Shown in pieces: positions 31,155 through 49,400 of a DNA stretch of 64,000 nt. The position numbers and the translations under genes are program-made. The stretch lies in the NCBI RefSeq assembly GCF_009914755.1, contig NC_060937.1, one strand, 5' to 3'. Source of the DNA: the human T2T-CHM13v2.0 reference genome, Homo sapiens. Under the pieces are notes generated by a model. It was given only the letters and a program-made list of their open reading frames with translations. It ran no database searches and was not told where the DNA came from. Position 1 is the first letter of the stretch; the number at the start of each line of letters is the position of its first letter.

Positions 31155-34100
31155 TCAAATATATATTATATGCTGCACATAAAATATCAAAGTACCCAAA
31201 GTATGTGTTATATACTGTACATAAAATATCAAAGTACCCAATGTATATATTATATACTGTACATAAAATATAAAATACCCCAAATATATATTATATGCTA
31301 TACATAAAATATCAAAGTACACAAAATATGTATTATATACTGTACATAAAATACCAAAGGACCCAAAATATATATTATATACTGTACATAAAATATCAAA
31401 ATACCCAAAATATATATTATATACTGTACATAAAATACCAAAGTACCCAAAGTATATATTATATACCGTACAAAAAATATCAAAGTAGCCAAAATATGTA
31501 TTATACACTGTACATAATATATGAAAGTACCCAAACATTTATAATAAACTGTACATAAAATATCAATGTACTCAAACTATATATTATCTGCGGTACATAA
31601 GATATCAAAGTACCCATACTATATAGTATATACTGTACTTAAAATATCAAAATACCCAAAATATATATTATATACGTTACATAAACTATCAAATACACAA
31701 AGTATGTATTATATACTGTACATAAAATAGAAAAGTTCCCAAAATATGTATTATATATATTATAAATATGTACATAAAATATGAAAGTACCCAACCATTT
31801 ATAATAAACTCTACATAAAACACCAAAGTACCCAAACTGTGTATTATATACTGTCCATAAAATATCAAAGTACCCAAAATATATATTGTAAACTGTACAT
31901 AAAATATCAAAGTAGCCAAAATACATATTGTATACTGTACATAAAATATAAAAGTACCCCAAATATATATTATATACTGTACATAAAATATCAAAGTACC
32001 CATAATACATATTATATACTGTACATAAAATATCAAAGGACCCAAAATAAACATTATATACTGTACATAAAATATCCAAATACTCAAAATATATATTACA
32101 TACTGTACATAAAATATCAAAGTACCCAAATTATGTACTATATACTGTACGTAAAATATCAGAGTACCCAAAATATGCGTTATATACTGTACATAAAATA
32201 TGAAAGTAACAAAACATTTATAATAAACTGTACATAAAATATCAAAGTACTCAAACTATATATCATATACTGTACATAAAATATCAAAGTACCCAAACTG
32301 TGTATTATTATATACTGTATATAAAATATCAAAGTACCTGAAATATATATTGTATACTGTACATAAAATATCAAAGTACACAAAATATATACTATATACT
32401 GTACATAAAATATGAAGGTACATCAAATATATATTATATCCTGTACATAAAATAACAAAGTACACCTATTATATATTGTGTACTGTACATAATATATTAA
32501 ATCGCCCAAATATATATTGTATACTGTATATAAAATATGAAGGTACTTCAAATATATATTATATGCTGCACATAAAATATCAAAGTACCCAAGGTATGCA
32601 TTACATACTGTACATAAAATATCAAAGTACACAAATTATATATTATATACTGTACATAAAATCTGTAGGTTCATCAAATATATTTTATATTCTGTACATA
32701 ATATATCAAAGTACATCAAATATATATTATATACGGTACATAAAATATCAAATTACCCAAAATATATATTATTTACTGTACATAAAATATGAAAGTAACC
32801 AAACATTTATAATAAACTGTACATAAATTATCAAAGTACTCAATCTACATATTATATACAGTATATAAAATATCAAAGTACACAAACTGTATATTATATA
32901 CTGTACATAATATGTCAAAGTACCCAGAATATATAGCATACTGTACATACAATATCAAAGTACCCAAAATATATATTGTATACTGTACATAAAATATGAA
33001 GGTACATCAAAGATATATTATATTCTGTACATAAAATATCAAAGTACACCAAATATATATTATATGCTGTACATAATATATTAAAGTTGCCCATGTATAC
33101 ATTTTATACTGTACATAAAATATGAAGGTACATCAAATATATAGTATATGCTGCACATAAAATATCAAAGTACCCAAAGTATGTATTATATACTGTACAT
33201 AAAATATCAAAGTACCAAAAGTATATATTACCTACTGTAAATAAAATGTGAAGATACCTCAAATATATATTATATTCTGTACATGAAATATCAAAGTACA
33301 CCAAGTATATACTATATAGTCTACATAAAATATTAAATTACCCAAAATATGTATTGTATTGTGTACATAAAATATGAAAATAACCAAACATTTATAATAA
33401 ACTGTACATAAAATATCAAAGTACTCAAACTTTATATTATATACTGTACATAAAGTATCAAAGTACCCAAACTGTGTAGTATATACTGTACATAAAATAT
33501 CAAGGTACCCAAAATGTATATTGTAAACTGTAGATAAAATATCAAAGTACCCAAAATATATATTATATACTGTACATAAAATATGAAGGCACATCCAATA
33601 TATATTATATTCTGTACATAAAATATCAAAGTACACCAAATGTATATTATATACTGTACATAAAATATAAAACTACCCCAAATATATATTATATACTCTA
33701 CATAAAATATCAAAGTACCCAAAATATATATTATATACTGTACATAATATATCAAAGTACCCATAGTATGTATTATATCCTGTACATAAAATATGAAAGT
33801 ACGTCAAATATATATTCTATTCTGCACATAAAATATCATATTGCACCAAATATATATTGTATACTGTATATAAAATATGAAGGTACTTCAAATATATATT
33901 ATATGCTGCACATAAAATATCAAAGTACCCAAAGTATGCATTATATACTGTACATAAAATATCAAAGTACCCAAAGTGTATATTATATACTGTACATAAA
34001 ATATGAAGGTTCATCAAATATATTTTATATTCTGCACATAATATATCAAAGTACAGCAAATATATATTATATACTGTACATAAAATAACAAAGTAACAAA

Positions 34101-34471
34101 AATATGTATTATATACTGTACATAAAATATGAAAGTAACCAAATATTTATAATAAACTGTATATAAAATATCAAAGTACTCAAACTACATATTATATACA
34201 GTATATAAAATATCAAAGTACCCAAACTATATATTATATACTGTACATACTATATCAAAGTACCCGAATATAGAGCATACTGTACATAAAATATCAAATT
34301 ACCCAAAATATATATTGTATACTGTACATAAAATATGAAGGTACATCAAAGATATATTATATTCTGTACATAAAATATCAAAGTACACCAAATATATATT
34401 ATATGCTGTACTGAATATATTAAAGTCGACCAAATGTATATTATATAGTGTACATAAAATATGAAGGTACA
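31155..34471 (+). repeat. HOR copy 11, L form with 10-bp insertion (3,317 bp)
   Basis: Same insertion as copy 3, at about 31758-31768. Confidence 0.85.
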
Positions 34472-37400
34472 TCAAATATATATTATATGCTGCACATAAA
34501 ATATCAAAGTACCCAAAGTATGTATTATATACTGTACATAAAATATCAAAGTACCCAAAGTATATATTATATACTGTACATAAAATATAAAATACCCCAA
34601 ATATATATTATATGCTGTACATAAAATATCAAAGTACACAAAATATGCATTATGTACTGTACATAAATTATCAAAGGACCCAAAATATATATTATATAGT
34701 GTACATAAAATATCAAAATACCCAAAATATATATTATATACTGTACATAAAATACCAAAGTACCCAAAGTATATATTATATACTGTATAAAAAATATCAA
34801 AGTAGCCAAAATATGTATTATACACTGTACATAATATATGAAAGTACCCAAACATTTATAATAAACTGTACATAAAATATCAATGTACTCAAATTATATA
34901 TTATGTGCGGTACTTAAGATATCAAAGTACCCATACTATATAGTATGTACTGTACTTAAAATATCAAAATACCCAAAATATATATTATATACGTTACATA
35001 AACTATCAAATACACAAAGTATGTATTACATACTGTACATAAAATAGCAAAGTTCCCAAAATATGTATTATATACTGTACATAAAATATGAAAGTAACCA
35101 ACCATTTATAATAAACTCTACATAAAATACCAAAGTACCCAAACTGTGTATTATATACTCTCCATAAAATATCAAAGTACCCAAAATATATATTGTCAAC
35201 TGTACATAAAATATCAAAGTAGCCAAAATATATATAGTATACCGTACATAAAATATAAAAGTACCCCAAATATGTATTATATACTGTACATAAAATATCA
35301 AAGTACCGATAATACATATTATATAGTGTACATAAAATATCAGAGGACCCAAAATAAACATTATATACTGTACATAAAATATCCAAATACTCAAAATATA
35401 TATTACATACTGTACATAAAATATCAAAGTACCCAAATTATGTATTATATACTGTACATAAAATATCAGAGTACCCAAAATATGCATTATATACTGTACA
35501 TAAAATATGAAAGTAACAAAACATTTATAATAAACTGTACATAAAATATCAAAGTACTCAAACTATATATCATATACTGTACATAAAATATCAAAGTACC
35601 CAAACTGTGTATTATTATATACTGTATATAAAATATCAAAGTACCTGAAATATATACTGTATACTGTACATAAAATATCAAAGTACCCAAAATATATACT
35701 ATATACTGTACATAAAATATGAAGGTACATCAAATATATATTATATCCTGTACATAAAATATCAAAGTACACCTATTATATATTGTGTACTGTACATAAT
35801 ATATTAAATCGCCCAAATATATATTGTATACTGTATATAAAATATGAAGGTACTTCAAATATATATTATATGCTGCACATAAAATATCAAAGTACCCAAA
35901 GTATGCATTACATACTGTACATAAAATATCAAAGTACACATATTATCTATTATATAATGTACATAAAATATGAAGGTTCATCAAATATATATTATATTCT
36001 GTACATAATATATCAAAGTACATCAAATATATATTATATACTGTACATAAAATATCAAAGTACCAAAAATATGTATTATATACTGTACATAAAACATGAA
36101 AGTAACCAAACATTTATAATAAACTGTACTTAAAATATCAAAGTACTCAATCTACATATTATATACAGTATATAAAATATCAAAGTACACAAACTGTATA
36201 TTATATACTGTACATAATATATCAAAGTACCCAGAATATATAGCATACTGTACTTAAAATATCAAAGTACCCAAAATATATATTGTATACTGTACATAAA
36301 ATATGAAGGTACATCAAAGATATATTATATTCTGTACATAAAATATCAAAGTACACCAAATATATATTATATGCTGTACATAATATATTAAAGTTGCCCA
36401 TATATACATTATATACTGTACATAAAATATGAACGTACATCAAATATATAGTATATGCTGCACATAAAATATCAAAGTACCCAAAGTATGTATTATACAC
36501 TGTACATAAAATATCAAAGTACCAAAAGTATATATTACATACTGTAAATAAAATATGAAGGTACCTCAAATATATATTATATTCTGTACATAAAATATCA
36601 AAGTACACCAAGTATATACTATATACTCTGCATAAAATATTAAATTACCCAAAATATGTATTGCATTGTGTACATAAAATATGAAAGTAACCAAACATTT
36701 ATAATAAACTGTACATAAAATATCAAAGTACTCAAACTGTATATTATATACTGTACATAAAGTATCAAAGTACCCAAACTGTGTAGTATATACTGTACAT
36801 AAAATATCAAGGTACCCAAAATATATATTGTAAACTGTAGATAAAATATCAAAGTAACCAAAATATATATTATATACTGTACATAAAATATGAAGGCACA
36901 TCCAATATATATTATATTCTGTACATAAAATATCAAAGTACACCAAATGTATATTATATACTGTACATAAAATATCAAAGTACCCAAAGTGTATATTATA
37001 TACTGTACATAAAATATGAAGATTCATCAAATATATTTTATATTCTGCACATAATATATCAAAGTACAGCAAATATATATTATATACTGTACATAAAATA
37101 TCAAAGTACCCAAAATATGTATTATATACTGTACATAAAATATGAAAGTAACCAAACATTTATAATAAACTGTACATAAAGTATCAAAGTACTCAAACTA
37201 CATATTATATACAGTATATAAAATGTCAAAGTACCCAAACTGTATATTATATACTGTACATAATATATCAAAGTACCTGAATATATAGCATACTGTACAT
37301 AAAATATCAAAGTACCCAAAGTGTGTATTATACACTGCACATAAAATATGAAGGTACATAAAATATATATTGTATTCTGTACATAAAATATCAAAGTACT

Positions 37401-37484
37401 CCAAATATATATTATATGCTGTACATAATATATTAAAGTCGCCCAAATATATATTATATACTGTACATAAAATATGAAGGTACA
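34472..37484 (+). repeat. HOR copy 12, canonical S form (72 monomers, 3,013 bp)
   Basis: Landmarks 34472 to 37485. Lacks the 7-monomer L block. Confidence 0.88.
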
Positions 37485-40400
37485 TCAAATATATATTATA
37501 TGCTGCACATAAAATATCAAAGTACCCAAAGTATGTGTTATATACTGTACATAAAATATCAAAGTACCCAAAGTATATATTATATACTGTACATAAAATA
37601 TAAAATACCCCAAATATATATTATATGCTGTACATAAAATATCAAAGTACACAAAATATGTATTATATACTGTACATAAAATACCAAAGGACCCAAAATA
37701 TATATTATATACTGTACATAAAATATCAAAATACCCAAAATATATATTATATACTGTACATAAAATACCAAAGTACCCAAAGTATATATTATATACCGTA
37801 CAAAAAATATCAAAGTAGCCAAAATATGTATTATACACTGTACATAATATATGAAAGTACCCAAACATTTATAATAAACTGTACATAAAATATCAATGTA
37901 CTCAAACTATATATTATGTGCGGTACATAAGATATCAAATTACCCATACTATATAGTATATACTGCACTTAAAATATCAAAATACCCAAAATATATATTA
38001 TATACGTTACATAAACTATCAAATACACAAAGTATGTATTATATACTGTACATAAAATAGCAAAGTTCCCAAAATATGTATTATATACTGTACATAAAAT
38101 ATGAAAGTACCCAACCATTTATAATAAACTCTACATAAAATACCAAAGTACCCAAACTGTGTATTATATACTGTCCATAAAATATCAAAGTACCCAAAAT
38201 ATATATTGTAAACTGTACATAAAATATCAAAGTAGCCAAAATACATATTGTATACTGTACATAAAATATGAAAGTACCCCAAATATGTATTATATACTGT
38301 ACATAAAATATCAAAGTACCCATAATACATATTATATACTGTACATAAAATATCAAAGGACCCAAAATAAACATTATATACTGTACATAAAATATCCAAA
38401 TACTCAAAATATATATTACGTACTGTACATAAAATATCAAAGTACCCAAATTATGTATTATATACTGTACGTAAAATATCAGAGTACCCAAAATATGCAT
38501 TATATACTGTACATAAAATATGAAAGTAACAATACATTTATAATAAACTGTACATAAAATATCAAAGTACTCAAACTATATATCATATACTGTACATAAA
38601 ATATCAAAGTACCCAAACTGTGTATTATTATATACTGTATATAAAATATCAAAGTACCTGAAATATATACTGTATACTGTACATAAAATATCAAAGTACC
38701 CAAAATATATACTATATACTGTACATAAAATATGAAGGTACATCAAATATATATTATATCCTGTACATAAAATATCAAAGTACACCTATTATATATTGTG
38801 TACTGTACATAATATATTAAATCGCCCAAATATATATTGTATACTGTATATAAAATATGAAGGTACTTCAAATATATATTATATGCTGCACATAAAATAT
38901 CAAAGTACCCAAAGTATGCATTAAACACTGTACATAAAATATCAAAGTACACATATTATCTATTATATAATGTACATAAAATATGAAGGTTCATCAAATA
39001 TATATTATATTCTGTACATAATATATCAAAGTACATCAAATATATATTATATACTGTACATAAAATATCAAAGTACCAAAAATATGTATTATATACTGTA
39101 CATAAAACATGAAAGTAACCAAACATTTATAATAAACTGTACATAAAATATCAAAGTACTCAATCTACATATTATATACAGTATATAAAATATCAAAGTA
39201 CACAAACTGTATATTATATACTGTACATAATATATCAAAGTACCCAGAATATATAGCATACTGTACATAAAATATCAAAGTACCCAAAATGTATATTGTA
39301 TACTGTACATAAAATATGAAGGTACATCAAAGATATCTTATATTCTGTACATAAAATATCAAAGTACACCAAATATATATTATATGCTGTACATAATATA
39401 TTAAAGTTGCCCATATATACATTATATACTGTACATAAAATATGAACGTACATCAAATATATAGTATATGCTGCACATAAAATATCAAAGTACCCAAAGT
39501 ATGTATTATACACTGTACATAAAATATCAAAGTACCAAAAGTATATATTACATACTGTAAATAAAATATGAAGGTACCTCAAATATATATTATATTCTGT
39601 ACATAAAATATCAAAGTACACCAAGTATATACTATATACTCTGCATAAAATATTAAATTACCCAAAATATGTATTGCATTGTGTACATAAAATATGAAAG
39701 TAACCAAACATTTATAATAAACTGTACATAAAATATCAAAGTACTCAAACTGTATATTATATACTGTACATAAAGTATCAAAGTACCCAAACTGTGTAGT
39801 ATATACTGTACATAAAATATCAAGGTACCCAAAATATATATTGTAAACTGTAGATAAAATATCAAAGTACCCAAAATATATATTATATACTGTACATAAA
39901 ATATGAAGGCACATCCAATATATATTATATTCTGTACATAATATATCAAAGTACACCAAATGTATATTATATACTGTACATAAAATATCAAAGTACCCAA
40001 AGTGTATATTATATACTGTACATAAACTATGAAAGTTCATCAAATATATTTTATATTCTGCACATAATATATCAAAGTACAGCAAATATATATTATATAC
40101 TGTACATAAAATATCAAAGTACCCAAAATATGTATTATATACTGTACATAAAATATGAAAGTAACCAAACATTTATAATAAACTGTACATAAAATATGAA
40201 AGTACTCAAACTGTATATTATATACTCTACATAAAGTATCAAAGTACCCAAACTGTGTAGTATATACTGTACATAAAATATCAAGGTACCCAAAACATAT
40301 ATTGTAAACTGTAGATAAAATATCAAAGTACCCAAAATATATATTATATACTGTACATGAAATATGAAGGCCCCTCCAATATATATTATACTCTGTACAT

Positions 40401-43400
40401 AAAATATCAAAGTACACCAAATGTATATTATATACTGTACATAAAATATCAAAGTACCCAAAGTGTATATTATATACTGTACATAAACTATGAAGGTTCA
40501 TCAAATATATTTTATATTCTGCACATAATATATCAAAGTACAGCAAATATATATTATATACTGTACATAAAATATCAAAGTACCCAAATTATGTATTATA
40601 TACTGTACATAAAATATGAAAGTAAGCAAACATTTATAATAAACTGTACATAAAGTATCAAAGTACTCAAACTACATATTATATACAGTATATAAAATAT
40701 CAAAGTACCCAAACTGTATATTATATAATGTACATAATATATCAAAGTACCCGAATATATAGCATACTCTACATAAAATATCAAAGTACCCAAAGTTTGT
40801 ATTATACACTGCACATAAAATATGGAGGTACATCAAAGATATATTATATTCTGTACATAAAATATCAAAGTACACCAAATATATGTTATATGCTGTACAT
40901 AATATATTAAAGTCGACCAAATATATATTATATACTGTACATAAAATATGAAGGTACATCAAATATATATTATATGCTGCACATAAAATATCAAAGTACC
41001 CAAAGTATGTGTTATATACTGTACATAAAATATCAAAGTACCCAAAGTATATATTATATACTGTACATAAAATATAAAATACCCCAAATATATATTATAT
41101 GCTCTACATAAAATATCAAAGTACACAAAATATGTATTATATACTGTACATAAAATACCAAAGGACCCAAAATATATATTATATACCGTACATAAAATAT
41201 CAAAATACCCAAAATATATATTATATACTGTACATAAAATACCAAAGTACCCAAAGTATATATTATATACCGTACAAAAAATATCAAAGTAGCCAAAATA
41301 TGTATTATACACTGTACATAATATATGAAAGTACCCAAACATTTATAATAAACTGTACATAAAATATCAATGTACTCAAACTATATATTATGTGCGGTAC
41401 ATAAGATATCAAAGTACCCATACTATATAGTATATACTGTACTTAAAATATCAAAATACCCAAAATATATATTATATACGTTACATAAACTATCAAATAC
41501 ACAAAGTATGTATTATATACTGTACATAAAATAGCAAAGTTCCCAAAATATGTATTATATACTGTACATAAAATATGAAAGTACCCAACCATTTATAATA
41601 AAGTCTACATAAAATACCAAAGTACCCAAACTGTGTATTATATACTGTCCATAAAATATCAAAGGACCCAAAATATATATTGTAAACTCTACATAAAATA
41701 TCAAAGTAGCCAAAATACATATTGTATACTGTACATAAAATATAAAAGTACCCCAAATATATATTATATACTGTACATAAAATATCAAAGTACCCATAAT
41801 ACATATTATACACTGTACATAAAATATCAAAGGACCCAAAATAAACATTATATACTGTACATAAAATATCCAAATACTCAAAATATATATTACATACTGT
41901 ACATAAAATATCAAAGTACCCAAATTATGTATTATACACTGTACGTAAAATATCAGAGTACCCAAAATATGCATTATATACTGTACATAAAATATGAAAG
42001 TAACAAAACATTTATAATAAACTGTACATAAAATATCAAAGTACTCAAACTATATATCATATACTCTACATAAAATATCAAAGTACCCAAACTGTGTATT
42101 ATTATATACTGTATATAAAATATCAAAGTACCTGAAATATATACTGTATACTGTACATAAAATATCAAAGTACCCAAAATATATACTATATACTGTACAT
42201 AAAATATGAAGGTACATCAAATATATATTATATCCTGTACATAAAATATCAAAGTACACCTATTATATATTGTGTACTGTACATAATATATTAAATCGCC
42301 CAAATATATATTGTATACTGTATATAAAATATGAAGGTACTTCAAATATATATTATATGCTGCACATAAAATATCAAAGTACCCAAAGTATGCATTACAT
42401 ACTGTACATAAAATATCAAAGTACACATATTATCTATTATATAATGTACATAAAATATGAAGGTTCATCAAATATATATTATATTCTGTACATAATATAT
42501 CAAAGTACATCAAATATATATTATATACTGTACATAAAATATCAAAGTACCAAAAATATGTATTATATACTGTACATAAAACATGAAAGTAACCAAACAT
42601 TTATAATAAACTGTACATAAAATATCAAAGTACTCAATCTACATATTATATACAGTATATAAAATATCAAAGTACACAAACTGTATATTATATACTGTAC
42701 ATAATATATCAAAGTACCCAGAATATATAGCATACTGTACTTAAAATATCAAAGTACCCAAAATATATATTGTATACTGTACATAAAATATGAAGGTACA
42801 TCAAAGATATATTATATTCTGTACATAAAATATCAAAGTACACCAAATATATATTATATGCTGTACATAATATATTAAAGTTGCCCATATATACATTATA
42901 TACTGTACATAAAATATGAACGTACATCAAATATATAGTATATGCTGCACATAAAATATCAAAGTACCCAAAGTATGTATTATACACTGTACATAAAATA
43001 TCAAAGTACCAAAAGTATATATTACATACTGTAAATAAAATATGAAGGTACCTCAAATATATATTATATTCTGTACATAAAATATCAAAGTACACCAAGT
43101 ATATACTATATACTCTGCATAAAATATTAAATTACCCAAAATATGTATTGCATTGTGTACATAAAATATGAAAGTAACCAAACATTTATAATAAACTGTA
43201 CATAAAATATCAAAGTACTCAAACTGTATATTATATACTGTACATAAAGTATCAAAGTACCCAAACTGTGTAGTATATACTGTACATAAAATATCAAGGT
43301 ACCCAAAATATATATTGTAAACTGTAGATAAAATATCAAAGTACCCAAAATATATATTATATACTGTACATAAAATATGAAGGCACATCCAATATATATT

Positions 43401-46400
43401 ATATTCTGTACATAAAATATCAAAGTACACCAAATGTATATTATATACTGTACATAAAATATCAAAGTACCCAAAGTGTATATTATATACTGTACATAAA
43501 ATATGAAGATTCATCAAATATATTTTATATTCTGCACATAATATATCAAAGTACAGCAAATATATATTATATACTGTACATAAAATATCAAAGTACCCAA
43601 AATATGTATTATATACTGTACATAAAATATGAAAGTAACCAAACATTTATAATAAACTGTACATAAAGTATCAAAGTACTCAAACTACATATTATATACA
43701 GTATATAAAATGTCAAAGTACCCAAACTGTATATTATATACTGTACATAATATATCAAAGTACCTGAATATATAGCATACTGTACATAAAATATCAAAGT
43801 ACCCAAAGTGTGTATTATACACTGCACATAAAATATGAAGGTACATAAAGTATATATTGTATTCTGTACATAAAATATCAAAGTACTCCAAATATATATT
43901 ATATGCTGTACATAATATATTAAAGTCGCCCAAATATATATTATATACTGTACATAAAATATGAAGGTACATCAAATATATATTATATGCTGCACATAAA
44001 ATATCAAAGTACCCAAAGTATGTGTTATATACTGTACATAAAATATCAAAGTACCCAAAGTATATATTATATACTGTACATAAAATATAAAATACCCCAA
44101 ATATATATTATATGCTGTACATAAAATATCAAAGTACACAAAATATGTATTATATACTGTACATAAAATACCAAAGGACCCAAAATATATATTATATACT
44201 GTACATAAAATATCAAAATACCCAAAATATATATTATATACTGTACATAAAATACCAAAGTACCCAAAGTATATATTATATACCGTACAAAAAATATCAA
44301 AGTAGCCAAAATATGTATTATACACTGTACATAATATATGAAAGTACCCAAACATTTATAATAAACTGTACATAAAATATCAATGTACTCAAACTATATA
44401 TTATGTGCGGTACATAAGATATCAAATTACCCATACTATATAGTATATACTGCACTTAAAATATCAAAATACCCAAAATATATATTATATACGTTACATA
44501 AACTATCAAATACACAAAGTATGTATTATATACTGTACATAAAATAGCAAAGTTCCCAAAATATGTATTATATACTGTACATAAAATATGAAAGTACCCA
44601 ACCATTTATAATAAACTCTACATAAAATACCAAAGTACCCAAACTGTGTATTATATACTGTCCATAAAATATCAAAGTACCCAAAATATATATTGTAAAC
44701 TGTACATAAAATATCAAAGTAGCCAAAATACATATTGTATACTGTACATAAAATATGAAAGTACCCCAAATATGTATTATATACTGTACATAAAATATCA
44801 AAGTACCCATAATACATATTATATACTGTACATAAAATATCAAAGGACCCAAAATAAACATTATATACTGTACATAAAATATCCAAATACTCAAAATATA
44901 TATTACGTACTGTACATAAAATATCAAAGTACCCAAATTATGTATTATATACTGTACATAAAATATCAGAGTACCCAAAATATGCATTATATACTGTACA
45001 TAAAATATGAAAGTAACAATACATTTATAATAAACTGTACATAAAATATCAAAGTACTCAAACTATATATCATATACTGTACATAAAATATCAAAGTACC
45101 CAAACTGTGTATTATTATATACTGTATATAAAATATCAAAGTACCTGAAATATATACTGTATACTGTACATAAAATATCAAAGTACCCAAAATATATACT
45201 ATATACTGTACATAAAATATGAAGGTACATCAAATATATATTATATCCTGTACATAAAATATCAAAGTACACCTATTATATATTGTGTACTGTACATAAT
45301 ATATTAAATCGCCCAAATATATATTGTATACTGTATATAAAATATGAAGGTACTTCAAATATATATTATATGCTACACATAAAATATCAAAGTACCCAAA
45401 GTATGCATTAAACACTGTACATAAAATATCAAAGTACACATATTATCTATTATATAATGTACATAAAATATGAAGGTTCATCAAATATATATTATATTCT
45501 GTACATAATATATCAAAGTACATCAAATATATATTATATACTGTACATAAAATATCAAAGTACCAAAAATATGTATTATATACTGTACATAAAACATGAA
45601 AGTAACCAAACATTTATAATAAACTGTACATAAAATATCAAAGTACTCAATCTACATATTATATACAGTATATAAAATATCAAAGTACACAAACTGTATA
45701 TTATATACTGTACATAATATATCAAAGTACCCAGAATATATAGCATACTGTACATAAAATATCAAAGTACCCAAAATGTATATTGTATACTGTACATAAA
45801 ATATGAAGGTACATCAAAGATATATTATATTCTGTACATAAAATATCAAAGTGCACCAAATATATATTATATGCTGTACATAATATATTAAAGTTGCCCA
45901 TATATACATTATATACTGTACATAAAATATGAACGTACATCAAATATATAGTATATGCTGCACATAAAATATCAAAGTACCCAAAATATATACTATATAC
46001 TGTACATAAAATATGAAGGTACATCAAATATATATTATATCCTGTACATAAAATATCAAAGTACACCTATTATATATTGTGTACTGCACATAATATATTA
46101 AATCGCCCAAATATATATTGTATACTGTATATAAAATATGAAGGTACTTCAAATATATATTATATGCTGCACATAAAATATCAAAGTACCCAAAGTATGC
46201 ATTACATACTGTACATAAAATATCAAATTACAAAAATTATATATTATATTCTGTACATAAAATATGTAGGTTCTTCAAATATATTTTATATTCTGTACAT
46301 AATATATCAAAGTACATCAAATATATATTATATACGGTACATAAAATATCAAAGTACCCAAAATATGTATTAATTACTGTGCATAAAATATGAAAGTAAC

Positions 46401-49400
46401 CAAACATTTATAATAAACTGTACATAAAATATCAAACTACTCAATCTACATATTATATACAGTATATAAAATATCAAAGTACACAAACTGTATATTATAT
46501 ACTGTACATAATATATCAAAGTACCCAGAATATATAGCATACTGTACATACAATATCAAAGTACCCAGAATGTATATTGTATTCTGTACATAAAATATGA
46601 ATGTACATCAAAGATATATTATATTCTGTACATAAAATATCAAAGTACACCAAATATATATTATATGCTGTACATAATATATTAAAGTTGCCCATGCATA
46701 CATTTTATACTGTACATAAAATATGAAGGTACATCAAATATATAGTATATGCTGCACATAAAATATCAAAGTACCCAAAGTATGTATTATATACTGTACA
46801 TAAAATATCAAAGTACCAAAAGTATATATTACCTACTGTAAATACAATATGAAGATACCTCAAATATATATTATATTCTGTACATGAAATATCAAAGTAC
46901 ACCAAGTATATACTATATACTCTACATAAAATATTAAATTACCCAAAATATGTATTGTATTGTGTACATAAAATATGAAAGTAACCAAACATTTATAATA
47001 AACTGTACATAAAATATCAAAGTACTCAAACTTTATATTATATACTGTACATAAAGTATCAAAGTACCCAAACTGTGTAGTATATACTGTACATAAAATA
47101 TCAAGGTACCCAAAATGTATATTGTAAACTGTAGATAAAATATCAAAGTACCCAAAATATATATTATATACTGTACATAAAATATGAAGGCTCATCCAAT
47201 ATATATTATATTCTGTACATAAAATATCAAAGTACACCAAATGTATATTATATACTGTACATAAAATATAAAACTACGCCAAATATATCTTATATACTCT
47301 ACATAAAATATCAAAGTACCCAAAATATATATTATATACTGTACATAAAATATCAAAGTACCCATAGTATGTATTATATCCTGTACATAAAATATGAAGG
47401 TACATCAAATATATATTCTATTCTGCACATAAAATATCATATTGCACCAAATATATATTGTATACTGTATATAAAATATGAAGGTACTTCAAATATATAT
47501 TATATGCTGCACATAAAATATCAAAGTACCCAAAGTATGCATTATATACTGTACATAAAATATCAAAGTACCCAAAGTGTATATTATATACTGTACATAA
47601 AATATGAAGGTTCATCAAATATATTTTATATTCTGCACATAATATATCAAAGTACAGCAAATATATACTATATACTGTACATAAAATATCAAAGTACCCA
47701 AAATATGTATTATATACTGTACATAAAATATGAAAGTAACCAAACATTTATAATAAACTGTACATAAAATATCAAAGTACTCAAACTACATATTATATAC
47801 AGTATATAAAATGTCAAAGTACCCAAACTGTATATTATATACTGTACATAATATATCAAAGTACCCAAATATATAGCATACTGTACATAAAATATCAAAG
47901 TACCCAAAGTGTGTATTATACACTGCACATAAAATATGAAGGTACATCAAAGATATATTATATTCTGTACATAAAATATCAAAGTACACCAAATATATAT
48001 TATATGCTGTACAGAATATATTAAAGTCGACCAAATATATATTATATACTGTACATAAAATATGAAGGTACATCAAATATATATTATATGCTGCACATAA
48101 AATATCAAAGTACCCAAAGTATGTATTATATACTGTACATAAAATATCAAAGTACCCAAAGTATATATTATATACTGTACATAAAATATAAAATACCCCA
48201 AATATATATTATATCCTGTACATAAAATATCAAAGTACCCAAAATATATATTGTAAACTGTACATAAAATATCAAAGTAGCCAAAATATATATTGTATAC
48301 TGTCAATAAAATATAAAAGTACCCCAAATATGTATTATATACTGTACATAAAATATCAAAGTACCGATAATACATATTATATAGTGTACATAAAATATCA
48401 GAGGACCCAAAATAAACATTATATACTGTACATAAAATATCCAAATACTCAAAATATATATTACATACTGTACATAAAATATCAAAGTACCCAAATTATG
48501 TATTATATACTGTACGTAAAATATCAGAGTACCCAAAATATGCATTATATACTGTACATAAAATATGAAAGTAACAAAACATTTATAATAAACTGTACAT
48601 AAAATATCAAAGTACTCAAACTATATATCATATACTGTACATAAAATATCAAAGTACCCAAACTGTGTATTATTATATACTGTATATAAAATATCAAAGT
48701 ACCTGAAATATATATTGTATACTGTACATAAAATATCAAAGTACCCAAAATATATACTATATACTGTACATAAAATATGAAGGTACATCAAATATATATT
48801 ATATCCTGTACATAAAATATCAAAGTACACCTATTATATATTGTGTACTGTACATAATATATTAAATCGCCCAAATATATATTGTATAGTGTATATAAAA
48901 TATGAAGGTACTTCAAATATATATTATATGCTGCACATAAAATATCAAAGTACCCAAAGTATGCATTACATACTGTACATAAAATATCAAAGTACACATA
49001 TTATCTATTATATAATGTACAGAAAATATGAAGGTTCATCAAATATATATTATATTCTGTACATAATATATCAAAGTACATCAAATATATATTATATACT
49101 GTACATAAAATATCAAAGTACCAAAAATATGTATTATATACTGTACATAAAATATGAAAGTAACCAAACATTTATAATAAACTGTACATAAAATATCAAA
49201 GTACTCAGTCTACATATTATATACAGTATATAAAATATCAAAGTACACACACTGTATATTATATACTGTACATAATATATCAAAATACCCAGAATATATA
49301 GCATACTGTACATACAATATCAAAGTACCCAAAATATATATTGTATACTGTACATAAAATATGAAGGTACATCAAAGATATATTATATTCTGTACATAAA

